This document shows positions 27,099 through 40,439 of a stretch of 64,000 nucleotides of DNA, piece after piece. The first letter of the stretch is position 1; each line of letters starts with the position of its first letter. This stretch comes from Octopus sinensis (Eukaryota): assembly GCF_006345805.1 (NCBI RefSeq), contig NW_021832860.1, positions 1-64,000 on the forward strand. Direction: 5' to 3'. Both the position numbers and the translations under genes were made by a program. The notes below the pieces were generated by a model that saw only the letters and a list, made by a program, of their open reading frames with translations, had not been told where the DNA came from and ran no database searches.

Positions 27099-27494
27099 GA
27101 TGAAATTTCATAACTAAAAGAACGATAATAAAAGACGCAGATTGTCAAATGAAATCCTTCAATAAAACAGCAATGTACTGAAGTTAAGCGAACTCATATC
27201 CAAATATCTCGTTTACAATACTTGAGGTTAACATTAATGAAACTGTCTTGCTCGTAGTTGCAATGTTGCTAAATGAAAATCTACCTAGTAGAAATTTGAA
27301 TATATACATACACACATGTGCGCGCGCCTCTTATTCCTTACCTTACTCTTTATCATCTATCTTTTCTTTTATTCTTTTTCTCGTTTCAGTTATTGGATTT
27401 GTGTCTATGCTGGAGCACCGCCTTGAAGGGCTAAGTCGAATAAATCCAGTCCAGGACATACGGAAGCCACGTGAATCCAAACTTGAATTACGTT

Positions 27495-27680
27495 CAAATT
27501 TTGGCGTAAAGCTAGCTAGTTCGAGTCCCTAGGACCCAACTGGTACTTATTTTATCGACCTCCAAAAGGATGAAAGGCAAAGTCGACCTCGACGGAATTT
27601 GAATTCGGAACGTACAGGCAGACGAAATGCCGCTTAGCATTTTGCCCGGTGTGCTAAATATTCTGCCAGCTCGCCGTCTT
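27495..27680 (-). mobile_element. SINE family A (short form)
   Basis: Consensus match. Confidence 0.8.
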
Positions 27681-29394
27681 GAAAAACATATGTATATATT
27701 AAAAGAAGGAATGTTTACATGTGCGCTTGTATATATGATCTATACATGTATTGTATGTATACATGATTTCCATTTTCTATTTGTAAAAGTGTGACTGCCT
27801 GCAATAATGTTCTGCAAACGTCTTGGTAAGTATTTTACAGTTTTCTTTTGGTCTACGTATATACGATCTGAAATAGAACTTGTTTATCTTATCCCCCACT
27901 ACTGGTCTACAAGTATATACAATTAATCACTTTTGAATGAGAATTTTATTGCGAATAAACAGCGCAGTTGAATAACTGTCTTCTTTTGATTCCAAACATA
28001 AATATATTTAATGCATTATCTGATTCTGATTCTGAACTGCCTCTCTGAAAGTCATTTTTTTTTTTTTTTACTGAAAATGATTGATGCATACAATGACCAA
28101 GTATATCGGACACAAAGTCCAAAGATTGGGTTTCCTGAACTTTAAACAAATTCTACGAATATTTACACAAGTTTTCTTTCTTTTCCGTAAAGCAGAAATT
28201 TCTTGTGAGGAAATTTTGTTCTCAAATAAGCAGACACAAAAAATGGTCGTTACAGACATTTGAAGGTTTACAACTCTGGTTTATTATTTATTTGTACAGG
28301 TATTTGAGATTTCATTTGGTAACCAATCCTCCATTTTTCTCCGCATTTCTTACTATATTTCTCTGCTTCCTTCTCTCTTTTTCTATGAATATGCATTTTG
28401 TGACCCTGGGTGAGAAAATAAAAAAGATAAAAATAAATAAAATACACTGGGATATAAGTTGAAACATTTGATTTGACAAATATAAAATTTCCAGTATGTC
28501 TGGAATTTCAGAATGGAGTATAATTTCTATATTGGTTTGAAAGCCACAGTTTTTTTATATTCATCCCAAATGAGAAATTTTCTACAAGAACCGTTATGCC
28601 CGTTCATAAGTCACCTTGCACTCTCTTCAGAGAATACACACAGAAAATTTAAAGTTGGAGAACTAAACAACGTTTTTTTCTCTTTAGTATACTGAAAATG
28701 GTCAGTTTTGGGAGGTAGAATGATTTCTGTTACCTACAGTTTGCTATGCCACATACACATACACACACTTAAGCAAATATCCACGCGCACACATCTGCTT
28801 CAAAGATAATTCGATCAATCTGTTTTATCGATTTAAGATGGTATTGTGAATCACATCCGTAGATTTGGTCTTTGCCTCATAAATCATGGCTTCTGCATGA
28901 CATGTTTTATTGCGTGAAACTGTCCTAGGGTTCCTGCATGAGCATTCGGCTCGATATAAGCCTGTTCCTTCTGTTCACTGAATGAAATATGTAACACAGA
29001 AACCAAGATATATGAGGTAGAGGTTAAAACGCGGATGAAATCCAGCAACATCACTGAGTTTATGAAGCAATCAGTGATGCTTGTGAATATGTTAAGCTAC
29101 AAATAACTATTCACACACACACACACGCACACATACGCACACACACACACATACGCACACACACACATACATGGTTAAAAGCATAGACGTCACTTGCAAA
29201 CGAGTATAACCTCGAAGAAAGTACTATTCTTTCGTTAATACTTTTAGGTACCTGATGTAGTCGTATGGTAACGTAGACATCCTCTCTCCTCTTTCATATT
29301 TAACCCACCGGTGCCTTCAGAATATGAGAATGAAAGGAGAGAGAACTGTCTGAATATCAACATAAGGGCTAGTACATATTTCTATTGGGTAGAC

Positions 29395-29508
29395 TGGATC
29401 TATGTGAAATGAAGTGCCTTGTTCAAGGATACAAGGCAGCGCTTAGCCCAGGTATCGAACACAGGACCTTAAAATCAAATAGCCTAATATTCTAGTCATC
29501 AGCCTTCA
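29395..29508 (-). mobile_element. Old tRNA-derived SINE head
   Basis: GTTCGATACC B-box and TATCCTTGAACAAGGCACTT on the minus strand. Confidence 0.55.
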
Positions 29509-30635
29509 CATGAGAATACGTTCATATGTATAGGTATAGACATTCACTCACGCACATACGCGCACACATTCACACACACACACTCACACATGTATACATA
29601 TATCTATGTATATTTTACCTATGTGTATACATAAATGTAAAATACCGAAGGAGGTATGACGCAGTATAAAGCCAAAAAGAAAGAACTGAACTGTCATTAA
29701 TATTGACTGATGGTGCAGGGTTTCACCTAATTGCTAGAAACAAGTATCAAAAACTCTTATAGCTACAAAAAGCACATTATCTAGGTATTGACAGGAGGGT
29801 TAACCGTCTCACAACAAGCAAGATTAATATATTAGCAAGCTAGTTTCGAAAGCTCGTCAGCAGTGACTACTCCAACGAAGGTGGCTATTCGCTATATAAA
29901 ACCAAAAATATAAAATTGAATTGTCTCCAATAGTGACTGAGGGTATAGGGCAGCACTTAAATTGCTAGAAAGAAGAGTCAAAGAACCTTATAGTCGTAAA
30001 TGCACATTGTATATGTACTGACAGGGAAGATAACCGCCACCCAGCGGTTATATATACAGATAGATATGAATAACTATACATATATATGCTCAGATATGTA
30101 AAACTCATAAAAGGTATATATCAATCCTTTATACACACAAACACACATACTCCCAATGATCGAGTTAATGACAGTTATTGAGCCAGAAACGTGTACACTC
30201 AAATGGCCTTTTATCTCCGAGCACTAAATTTACATTTTTCTTTAATCCATTCGCGATTAGATTACTCTGTTAAATATAATTATTTATTAACATTATTGTG
30301 AATTAATCACCTATTATCTTGTGGCTTTAAACTTTTGATGATGTAATTGCGCATTTTTTTAAAGATTTTGTAGCATAGGTAGAAGAGGCCAGATCTGGTC
30401 AGTTTGAACTTAAAACATGCAGAATATTTGTTCTAGATATGGTTGATTTAAATGCGAAAGTGTTAATGAGATGCCAAATTTGGTGATACCTCGATATTTC
30501 CTTCTCAAATGTAGATGCCATTTGGGAATTATGGTACATCCTCTACAAACGGAATTAATTTTCATAAATCAAGAATTTATATTGTCTTTGATATACCTGT
30601 ATCTATCTATAATTTATATATTTATAAAAGAGATA

Positions 30636-30855
30636 AGGCGGCGAGCTGGCAGAATCGCTTGCACGCCAAGTAAAATGCTGAGTGACATCTCGTCTGCTTT
30701 TACGTTGTAAGCTCAAATTCCGCCGAGGTAGACTTGAGGTTCATCCTTTCGGGGTCGATAAAATAAGCACCATTTGAGCTTTGGGGAAGAAGGCTGATGT
30801 AATCGACTAATCCCCTCCCACAAAATTGCTGGCCTTGTGCCAAAATTTGAAATAA
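30636..30855 (+). mobile_element. SINE family A (short form)
   Basis: Head plus tail AAATTGCTGGCCTTGTGCCAAAATTTGAAA. Confidence 0.85.
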
Positions 30856-31546
30856 ATATATCGGATAAATAGATAAAGAGAGATAGAAAGAGAGAGAGAG
30901 AGAAAGAGTAAGAAAGAAATAAAGAAAGGTAGAGAATTTGTGTGAGTGTTCCTGTATCACGCCCATAGAAGCAAGAACTACCTGCCCTCATATTTCCAGA
31001 AAAAACATACTATCCGTTCGTTAAGGGCCTGTCCGTTGCATTTATCTTTTGCTTCCTGATATCATCTCCACTTCTCTGTTGGAGCAGGTTGGAATCTCCA
31101 CTATGAGCTTACTCCCTCTCACTGTATAGATAGTTATGAAAGAAGCAAGGGTTTGTCTTGTATGGCATTTAGTAGACCCTCATTTCTTTTTGTTCCTCAA
31201 ATCCTTGCCAATGACCACTCCAAATTATTTCACTTAGCACATTTATGCTTAAATACATACATGCATAAACACACACACACATACACACAAACACACACAC
31301 ATATATGCGTACAAATGACGAGCGAGAAATAGAAATTTTATTACATTTAAAATAGACTATATTATAACAAAAATATAATAAATATCATATATAATAATAA
31401 TAAAGCTCTAATTAGGTTAACGAAAAACATTAACTATGATAAATGAGAAGCCATATCAAAATAATGGATATAGAACGGCAAAAACATGAAAATACAAATT
31501 CTTAAGGAACATTCAATTGGAAGAATAAAAACCGTGCAATCCTCTA

Positions 31547-32840
31547 TTGGGTTGGCAACAAAGATTCCGCCGTATTTTAAAATTTTGGAATTTATTGAGT
31601 TTTTAAATTTTGGAATCTATTCTTTTCGAGAATTCTGTTTTCGAATCTTTTTTTTATTTTCGAATCTTTTAAATTTTTTTCTACTTAATTTTAGTTAATT
31701 TTTGTTTATTTTCAGATCATTAAAATGGAATGTCAAGTTAAGAAAAACGAGCATTTTTGACACCCCTACCTCTTTGCTTTTAATTAAGGTTCTAAGGTCG
31801 CAAAAGCTGCTTGCGACATTCCTGCTGTGTGTGGAGAGGGTGCCATAGTTGAGAGAACCGCTCGTGATAGGTATGCCAAGTTCAAAAATGGAAATTTTGA
31901 CCTCAAAGACGCACCTCGTTCTGGCTGTCTAGTTGAGTTCGATGAAGAGCGATTAAACCAACTTTTGCACGAAGATTCTTGTCAAACGACAAGGGAACTG
32001 GCAGAGAAAATGGAATGTTCCCGCATTGCTATGGAGAAGCATCTTCACTCGATGGGAAAGGTTCAGAAGTATGGAGCATGGGTTCCGCATGCTTTAAGTG
32101 ACAACAACAAAAATCAACGAACCACAATCTCCTCTGGTTTGCTTGCTCGTCACCGGTCAACTCATTGACACAAGCAACGATTTCTTTACCGAATCGTTAC
32201 TGGCGACGAAAAATCGTGCCTGTACGCTGAAGCAACGTAAGGAATGGCTTAGCCCCGGTAAACAAGCGACACCGCGCGTGAAACAAGACCTTCATCCGCG
32301 TAAAACGATGTTGTGCGTATGGTGGAACTGAGAAGGGATTATCCATTACAAATTGCTTGAACGGAACCAAACGGTCAACGCGGAACTCTATGTTCAACAT
32401 ATGGAACGACTCAACACGGCTATTCAAGAGAAAAGACCGAATTGGCAGCATGGAGTTCTTCTATTGCACGACAACGCCCGCCCTCATATCACCAATATGA
32501 CTAAGGAAGTCATTCAAACGCATGGCTGTGAAGTTCTGCCACACCCGCCGTATTCTCCTGATTTGGCACCAACTGGTTTCCACGTCTGTCGATCTCTTTC
32601 AAATGCTATGCGCGGAGTTTCGTTCAATACTCATGCAGAATTGAGAGCTTGGTTGGATCAATTTTTCTAATCGAAATCGGGTGTTTTCTAGCAACGAGGT
32701 ATTGAAAATCTTGTTGAACGTTGGAAAGAAGTTGTAAACAACAAGAGTGAATGCATTATTGATTAATCAGTTACGTTTTATTAAACCTTTTAAAAAATTA
32801 AAATTCTTAAAAACCAGTGGGAACTTAGTTGCCAACCAAA
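31547..32840 (+). mobile_element. Full-length mariner (DD34D) transposon, inactive
   Basis: TA-TTGGGTTGGCAAC...GTTGCCAACCAAA-TA; about 1.29 kb. Confidence 0.97.
31725..32766 (+). pseudogene. mariner transposase pseudogene
   Basis: ATG at 31725; motifs WVPHAL, IVTGDEK, LLLHDNARPH, HPPYSPDLAP; several stops and a frameshift. Confidence 0.95.
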
Positions 32841-33794
32841 TAAATTTGGAACAGCCATAACAGTGATAGCACTACAAACATATCAATCTAACAAGCTAGC
32901 TACCTAGCTGCCTAGTAATCTGTTTGTCTATCTGTCCGTCTATCTAGTAGTCTGTTTGTCCGTTTGTCTATCTGTCTTTCTATCATTGTATTTTTACGCA
33001 TTGTTATTGTCCGCCATATTGCAATGAATATAAGGCAAGGTTACGACAATTAAATGGAAACTAAGATGTTTCTATACGAATGATACTATTTTTAGGTAAA
33101 AGGAAATCATATAAAAATTTTTATTGAATGAAATAGGAAAGTTTAGCCGAATAGAAGGAAATTTAATTAATTATTTTGTTATAGAATATTAGAAGTGTCT
33201 GTTCATGGAAACTGGAAATGATGGTGAAGGATGTAAGAATTCTGATGCAGGCTATTTATTTAAACGATTTCAAGGAAAAGTGGAATTTAAGAATGTGTTT
33301 AGAACAAATTCAAAAGCACGTCTTTTAAAGAAAGTATAAGGAAATAACTTGGTAGAAGCGTTAAATCCTTAAAAATCCTTTAAAATATTTTAGCCCGAAG
33401 GCCGCGGCCATGCTGGGGCACCACCGCATACCTCACTTTCGTTGTTCCAATACTCTGTGGTCTATGTTGGCTAGTTTTGTTTTTCATCTCCTTTGGTTCG
33501 ATAAATTAAGAGAGCAATCAAGTTCGGAAGTTGACTTCGTCTTTCTCTCCCTCGAATCAGTATCGTACTGTGAACGGACCATTAGAGATGCGTTGGTATT
33601 GGTTACAACGAATGAGAAAGCAATTGTTTATATTGAAAGATAAATATAAATCAGCTTCAGTGAATGAGTTTGAATTGTCAACTTTGCGAGAAGAGAGATG
33701 GCGATTATACAGGAATGCGTAAAATTGAACGCAGTAATGTGGAGATTACAGAAAGTAAGAGCGAAACAACGAAAGAATGCTATGTTACATTTTT

Positions 33795-34145
33795 TTTTCA
33801 AATTTTAGCACAAGGCCAACAATTTTGAGGAGGTGGATAAGTCAATTACATCGACTCCGATACAGGAAAGGTAAAGTCAACCTCGGCGGTATTTGAACTC
33901 ACAACATAAAAACGGACGAAATGCTGCTAAGCATTCTTCTCGCCGTCTTAATGATTCTGACAGCTCGTCACCACATCGTTAGATTACATATTGGTTTCAA
34001 GTTTTGACACAGGGGAGATTCTCGACTGGTAATAATTTTATCGACTCCAAAAAGATGAAAGGCAAACACAGAATGTAAAGACGGACGGGATAGCGCTATG
34101 CATTTCGCCCGGCGCGGTAACGATTCTCCTTGCTAGACGCCTCAC
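33795..34145 (-). mobile_element. Two decayed SINE family A copies
   Basis: Reverse consensus matches at ~33795-33975 and ~33990-34145. Confidence 0.7.
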
Positions 34146-34584
34146 CGTTAGATTCCATATTGTAAACGATAATGAAATACTGAACTAGGGTAAATTATTG
34201 TTAAAAATGAAATGTAATGCTGGAAGAAATAAACCAAAACTGCAATCAGTTCGTTGAAGCTGAACGCAAGATGTACAAATATTTGAATATCGCAATGTTA
34301 AGGAATCGACAATTTAAGTATTATATGATTGACTGAAACGAACCAGAAGTAAAAGTAGACAATAATATCAGGTAACTTTTAAATATTGGTTGACTTTGAC
34401 GTAAAAGCAAAAGAAATTGAATCCTGCTGAATTTCAAAAGGATGTGGTTGTAGATATGCTTACATTTTATATATGATGGCTCCGTCTATAACTTCACGAA
34501 GAAAGGAGGAGTTAATTCAGTAAATCAAAAGATTGAGTTACATTAGATAACTTGGACGCCGATCGGGCTCGAAACATCGACCGT

Positions 34585-34752
34585 TATAAAAAACCTCCTC
34601 AAGGAATGTGAAGACGCAGGCTGTAAGGCAGAGAATTTTCCAATCGTAGTTGGGCGTAAAGCGATTGTTGTTGTCACAAGGTGTAACTCATCGTAAAGCA
34701 AATACCATCGTGAGGGACATCCGGACTACAGTGAAGAAGGCAAGTCACGTAG
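34585..34752 (+). pseudogene. HERO/NeSL-like REL endonuclease fragment
   Basis: YKNLLKECEDAGCKAENFPIVVGRK...TVKKAS (cf. YxxLxxECxxxGWxAxxxPIEVGCRG...AEKAS). Confidence 0.6.
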
Positions 34753-34754
34753 CT

Positions 34755-34858
34755 GTCACATCTTAGCGATCTCAATTCTTAGGTCTCCATATTTATCAAC
34801 TTTTTCTCTTTCTTTCATAATGATGTTTTGATCTCCTGGCACTGCTACATCGATTATC
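34755..34858 (-). pseudogene. R4/Dong-like REL endonuclease fragment
   Basis: IIDVAVPGDQNIIMKEREKVDKYGDLRIEIAKM. Confidence 0.85.
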
Positions 34859-34904
34859 ATCATCATCATCATCATCATCATCATTATTATTATTATTATT
34901 ATTA

Positions 34905-35248
34905 TCATTCTATGTTTGACTTTTGCTTTATATTTGTACAAGTTGGCTCCAAGTCTCACCCAGAGACCTCAAGAGACAACAGGGTTGGAAGTTCATGTTG
35001 TTGTTATGCCTAGTGTGCCATATATTTGGGGGGTGGGGATGTTGTACTAATGAATGTCTAAAAAAAAAAGTTTTTTTTTTTGTTTTTTGTTTTTTAAACC
35101 GAAAATTATGTTTGTTTTAAACCTTGAGATTACATAGAGAGTATTTTGCGTAGGATATGAGCAGTTCCCATGAGCACTATCTTTTGAACTTCTGCCATTT
35201 TGGGGTTTCCTGGTATCTGAGTTAGGTAGCTATCAGCCCCTTTTGCTA

Positions 35249-35252
<4 letters not shown>
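34905..35252 (-). mobile_element. R4/Dong-like LINE 3' end in (TAA)n
   Basis: MIAKGADSYLTQIPGNPKMAEVQKIVLMGTAHILRKILSM* plus 3' UTR; (TAA)n on both sides. Confidence 0.85.
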
Positions 35253-35310
<58 letters not shown>

Positions 35311-35824
35311 GTTCGGTTAAAAAGAGACGATGAGCGATAGCTAGATGAATAATGAGTGAGACCTAGTAACCAGTCGATCTAGCAAGAGTGGCCTCAGTTC
35401 AGTGTGGGGGACCGGTGCACAATAATGTCATCAAGAGGAAGGGTCTCGAAACGATGCGCATTCTCTACTGATGATTCCATAAGCGAGCTATGCAGAGCTT
35501 CCAACTGGTGGCACTTGCATCTGCAAGTTGTTTGCAAAAATTCAATTAGATGATAAAGAAATATCTATGTATCAAAGTGTGTGTATATACATGTGCATAT
35601 ATATATTTGTATGTGTGTGTGTGTTTGGGTGTTAGGATATATGTATATATGTATGTGTATTTACAGATGTGTGTGTGCGTGTGTGTGTATGCATGTGTAT
35701 AAATATCTATATAAGTATGAGCATATCTATGTATATTATTGTCATATATAATCATTTATTCACTTTTTAATCAGTGCTTAATAAACAAACGCCATTTTGT
35801 TTTGCAATATTTATTTATAATTAA

Positions 35825-36045
35825 AGGCTGCGAGTTGGCAGAATCGTTAAGACCCCTGGCAAAACGCCCGTAGCATTTCATCCGTCTTTACGTTCTGTGT
35901 TCAAATACCAATAGAGCTGACTCTGCCTTGCATAATTTCGAGGGGGGGGGCGATAAAATAAGCACCAGTTGAGCACTGTAGTTGATGTAATCGACATACA
36001 CCACTCTCTTGAAATTGCTGGCCTTGTGCCAAAATTTGAAGTCAA
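35825..36045 (+). mobile_element. SINE family A (short form); another at ~36388-36635
   Basis: Consensus match. Confidence 0.75.
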
Positions 36046-36327
36046 TATTTTTTTTCCCTTGTTTTCATACCCCCGAACCAATAATATTAAAACATCTAGC
36101 ATTCTTTGCATTTATGCGCAAGAAAGTGTGTAACATCAATGGCACAAGATTCTCTCTTCCCATACTGGTACAAAGTTCAATGCTGCATCTTGTTGGGTGT
36201 TCAAAGACTTGGAACTATTTGAGAACTATTTCTTCCAGGAACTTTAGATCCAGGTACAATAGTGTTACATAGCTGAATCTGAAATTGTGACTATGATAAA
36301 TATTTTTATTAGGTGATTGCTACGTCG

Positions 36328-36377
<50 letters not shown>

Positions 36378-37369
36378 ACTAGTGTAATGTGGTGATCTTG
36401 CAGAATAATTAGCACCCCGGGCAAAATGCTTAGAGGTATTTTGTCCTTAGGTTTTGAGTACAATGCTTAGCTGCATTTAGTCGATACATTCTGACATCAA
36501 ATTCTGCGGAGGTCAGCTTTGCATTTCAATCTTCCGGGGTCGATAACTTATGTACCAGTTGAATCCTCGGGTCGGTGTAATCGACTTACCCCTTCCCCCA
36601 AAATTGCCGGCCTTGTGCCAAAATTTGAATTCATTATTCCATTAGGACTGCTGTTGGACTTTGAGCCATTAGCTTCTCGGCTTATTGTCTTCGTTCAATA
36701 AACCCAAACGTTAATGTTATCGATTTATATATTAAATAAATGGTAATTGAATAATAGATGTAATTGAAATAAACGTTTAAATTAAATACATTAGCGAGCA
36801 TTATTAATTCTCTAAATTAAATAAATTATAAGACATTATTAAATAAATATACAAATTAAATATATTATCATTTATTATTAAATAAATGACTGAAATTAAT
36901 ATTTGACATAATTAAATACATCATTAGACATGAATAGTTAATTAATGTTTAAAATTTTTTTAATAAGTATTAAGGTTCCAGAGGTATGCTAAGTTCATTT
37001 CATTACCTACTCCATTGTATTCAAAATATTTCTTTACCAAGTTGAATTCCTGATGAAATTTACTGCCTTTAATCACATTGATAGTAATACAATGATTATC
37101 AAATCTATTTTATCGATTATGTATTTAGTTTCATCGTAGTACACCGTAAAAGAACAGATATTTAGCTGTAAGAACACAAGGACACTAAACGAAATTTCCA
37201 GCAAGCTGACGCCACTGTGTTGTATTGATTTTTACTTCTCTGAACCCAACATGTCAAAAATAAATTGAGAGAGAAAATTAAAAAAAAACATTGAATGTTA
37301 CAAATTCCAGTTCTATTTTCGAACTAAGCCTTAGGCGGCTCCATTAGTTTTAAAGTGCCGAACTTGGTT

Positions 37370-37750
37370 AGGAGTGGCTGTGTGGAAAGTAGCTTGCTTA
37401 CCAACCACATGATTCCGGATTCAGTCCCACTGCGTGGCATCTTGGGCAAGTGTCTTCTACTATAGCCTCGGGCCGACCAAAGCCTTGTGACTGGATATGG
37501 TAGACGGAAACTGAAAGAAGCCTGTCGTATACATATATATATAATATATATATATGTATGTGTTTGTGTATGTTTGTCCCCCTCAACATCGCTTGACAAC
37601 CGATGCTGGTGTGTTTACGCCCCGTAACTTAGCGGTTCGGCATGAGAGACCGGTAGAAGTACTAGGCTTACAAAGAATTTGTCCTGGGGTCGATTTGCTC
37701 GACTAAGGACACTGCTCCAGCATGGCCGCAGTCAAGTGACTGAAAAAAAT
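37370..37750 (+). mobile_element. SINE family B
   Basis: Full-length copy. Confidence 0.9.
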
Positions 37751-38805
37751 AAAAGAATAAAAGGCAAAAAAGAAAGAAAGTCAAAAGAAGGCACGGTAAT
37801 ACGCTAAATATCGTAGAAAGTTCATATATTTTAAAAGAATGTCTCCGTGATGAAATTTCTTTATCGCAAATCTGAGACATGCTTTTCTTCTATCCCCATT
37901 GCATACCGAAGCTGTTATCAAATGTTGCCCCGTTCCACTAAACTAAAACATTCTGCTATAGAACGATGAAGTTACATTTTATGAAATGATTGTTTTCTTT
38001 AACTATGAGTACAAGATCTTCAATTTCAAGGAGCGGTACCGATGTATGAAGCTTTGGAGTTCTTGCTGTTCTGTAACGCGTTAACGAAGTTGAAATAGTT
38101 CAACATGTGAATCAAATATGAGCCATGATAAAGCTGACGTTTGAAGCTAAAGGAACCATATTTTTAGTTCTACAGAAACAATCTACTTCCAGGAATAACG
38201 CTTCCGGCAATCAAATACACTATAAACATCATTCCCCTCATATATTATCATTTAAAATAAATGTCAGTGGATGGCATCAATCTCATAAACTTAGCTTTAA
38301 GCAAAGCCGAATAAGTTTAGTGACTAATGATAAATATCTAATTATTAATTTATAGACAATTAATCAAAAATTTTTACATTTTACATTGTTACCAAACTTT
38401 GTTTCACCTGCACTTCTTCCTATGACACAGAATTTCATTATCAGACCACTCAAATTTTTTAACTTGCTTCCTAAAGTACCAAGCTAAACCAACTCTTATT
38501 ACTCTATCCGCTTTCGCCTGTTTTCATGTTCTGAGTTCAAATTCCGCCGAGGTCAACTTTGTCATTTATCCTTCCGGGGTCGATAAATTAAGTATCAATG
38601 AAACACTGGGATCGATGTAATCGACTCATCACCTCCCGCAAAATGGCTATCCTTGTGGCAAAATTTGAAACCAGTATTCTATTGTCTCTTAAGATGGCGA
38701 GCTGGCAGAATCGTTAGCATGCCGGACAAAAACGGCTTAATGGCATTTTGTCCGTCTTGACGTTCTGAGTTTTAAATGCTACCATTTCTGTTCTATCATT
38801 TCGGT

Positions 38806-39710
38806 AATGATAGAACAGAAAGGCACTGCTACAGGATATAAGCAAAGCTGCTCGAGGTGCCTGCTATGCAGTTGTGGATAAGGAGAAAGGAATTATTCTA
38901 AGACGGCATGATAATAACCAAGTAAATCTTGTAACCAATTTGAAAGATGAGACGGTTTTTGATGTTAGTAGCTGTAAATGATGGAAAGAATCTGAGAGAA
39001 ATCACAACCAAATATTGTGAGTCTACATGTCAAACAAAAGGGAGGTGTCGACTTATTTGACAAATTGAGAGGTCATTATCGAATTAGAATATGATCAAGA
39101 GAATGATATTGACCTTTGTTTAGATTTTACCTCAATGGAAGCATTGTAAATTTATGGATTGTTTTCCACTGTATTCAGAGAAATATGTCTCTACTGGAAT
39201 TTGAAAGTTACTGCATTGCTTGCTGCTCCAGATTTAGAAAAGAAGAGAGTGGTACGTCCTAAAACAAAGAAGCAAGTTCCGCAAGTGGCACGATTCGATA
39301 ACAGACACCACCTCGTCAACAAATTTGAAACTCAAAGGCGAAGCACAGCTTGTGGAAAATGCACCAAATTTGTTTGCATCAAATGCAATGTAGGCCAACA
39401 CCCTGACACATGATTTCTTCATTTTCATTAATAAATGATATTCCTCTTAGAAATATTATATCTACTTGTCATTAGAAATTTTTTGTAAAACAAATAAATG
39501 AGATTAATTTTTTTTTTTACTTCATCCTTATTTCAAAATTTTAACCCCACATACCAAGCGTATGATATATCATACGGGTCTTAAAACCATTTTATTATTA
39601 TAATATTCACAACATTTTGTTGTGAACTTCTAAAATAGATAAAAGGATACAACGTATGTGGATGTACCAAAAAATTCAATTTTTTTTTTTAATTCGGGCA
39701 TTAATGGCTA
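38806..39710 (+). mobile_element. piggyBac transposon 3' relic
   Basis: HDNNQVNLVTN, KGGVDLFDKLRGHYRIR, C-terminal Cys-rich ACGKCTKFVCIKCNVGQH; decayed right end. Confidence 0.85.
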
Positions 39711-39712
39711 AA

Positions 39713-40100
39713 GGCGTCTGGCAGAGTTCTTAGTAGTATTTTGTCTGTCTGTACTTTCTGAGTTCAAATTCCTCCGAGGTCGACTTTGCCTTTCATCCTT
39801 TTGGGGTCGATTAAATAAATACCAAGGATGGATATAATTGATTAACCACCTCCCGCAAAATTCCAGGCCTCTGTTCTAATGTCTCTTAACGCAGCAAGCT
39901 GGCAGAGTCATTAGCATTCCAGACAAAATGCTTAGTGGGCATTTCGCCCGTCTTTACGTTCTGACATCTAATCCCACGGAGATAGTCTTTGCCTGTCGGA
40001 GTCGATAAAATAAGTACTAGTTGAGCAATGGGGGGTCGATATAATCGATTATCCCATCCCTACAAAATTTCAGGCCCTGTGCCTATAACAGACAGGATTA
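39713..40100 (+). mobile_element. Two decayed SINE family A copies
   Basis: Consensus matches; similar copies at 38525-38780. Confidence 0.7.
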
Positions 40101-40439
40101 TCCTCTTGTCTATTCCTGAAAAGGTTCTTTTGGGGGTTCTTTGCCTAAATAAATGTCACTGTTTGCTGTGAAATATTTGTCAAATCTTATCCACACACAT
40201 TTCTACCATTTGTTTATAAAAATTGTTCGTCAGATATTTGTCATTGTTCATTAATATTATCGATCTTTGCTAAAAGCTCAATGTGTGTGATTGCCGACAT
40301 ATAATGACTATGATTTAAAATTAAAATAAATGGAAAGAAATATTACACGGTATTCGTTCACCAGAAATATTTCTTTTATTGTCAGTTGCACTGTATTAAT
40401 TTTTTTTTCTTTTACTTTCTTACATTAATCACAACTTAG

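Noticed and set aside
30163-30200. GAGT TAATGA..CCAGAAACGTGTACACTC HHR-like string
   Set aside because: Core and stem II are too degenerate to call
35350-35455. GAGACC...GGTCTC-GAAAC possible HHR stem II
   Set aside because: No CUGANGA-like core or stem I in the right place
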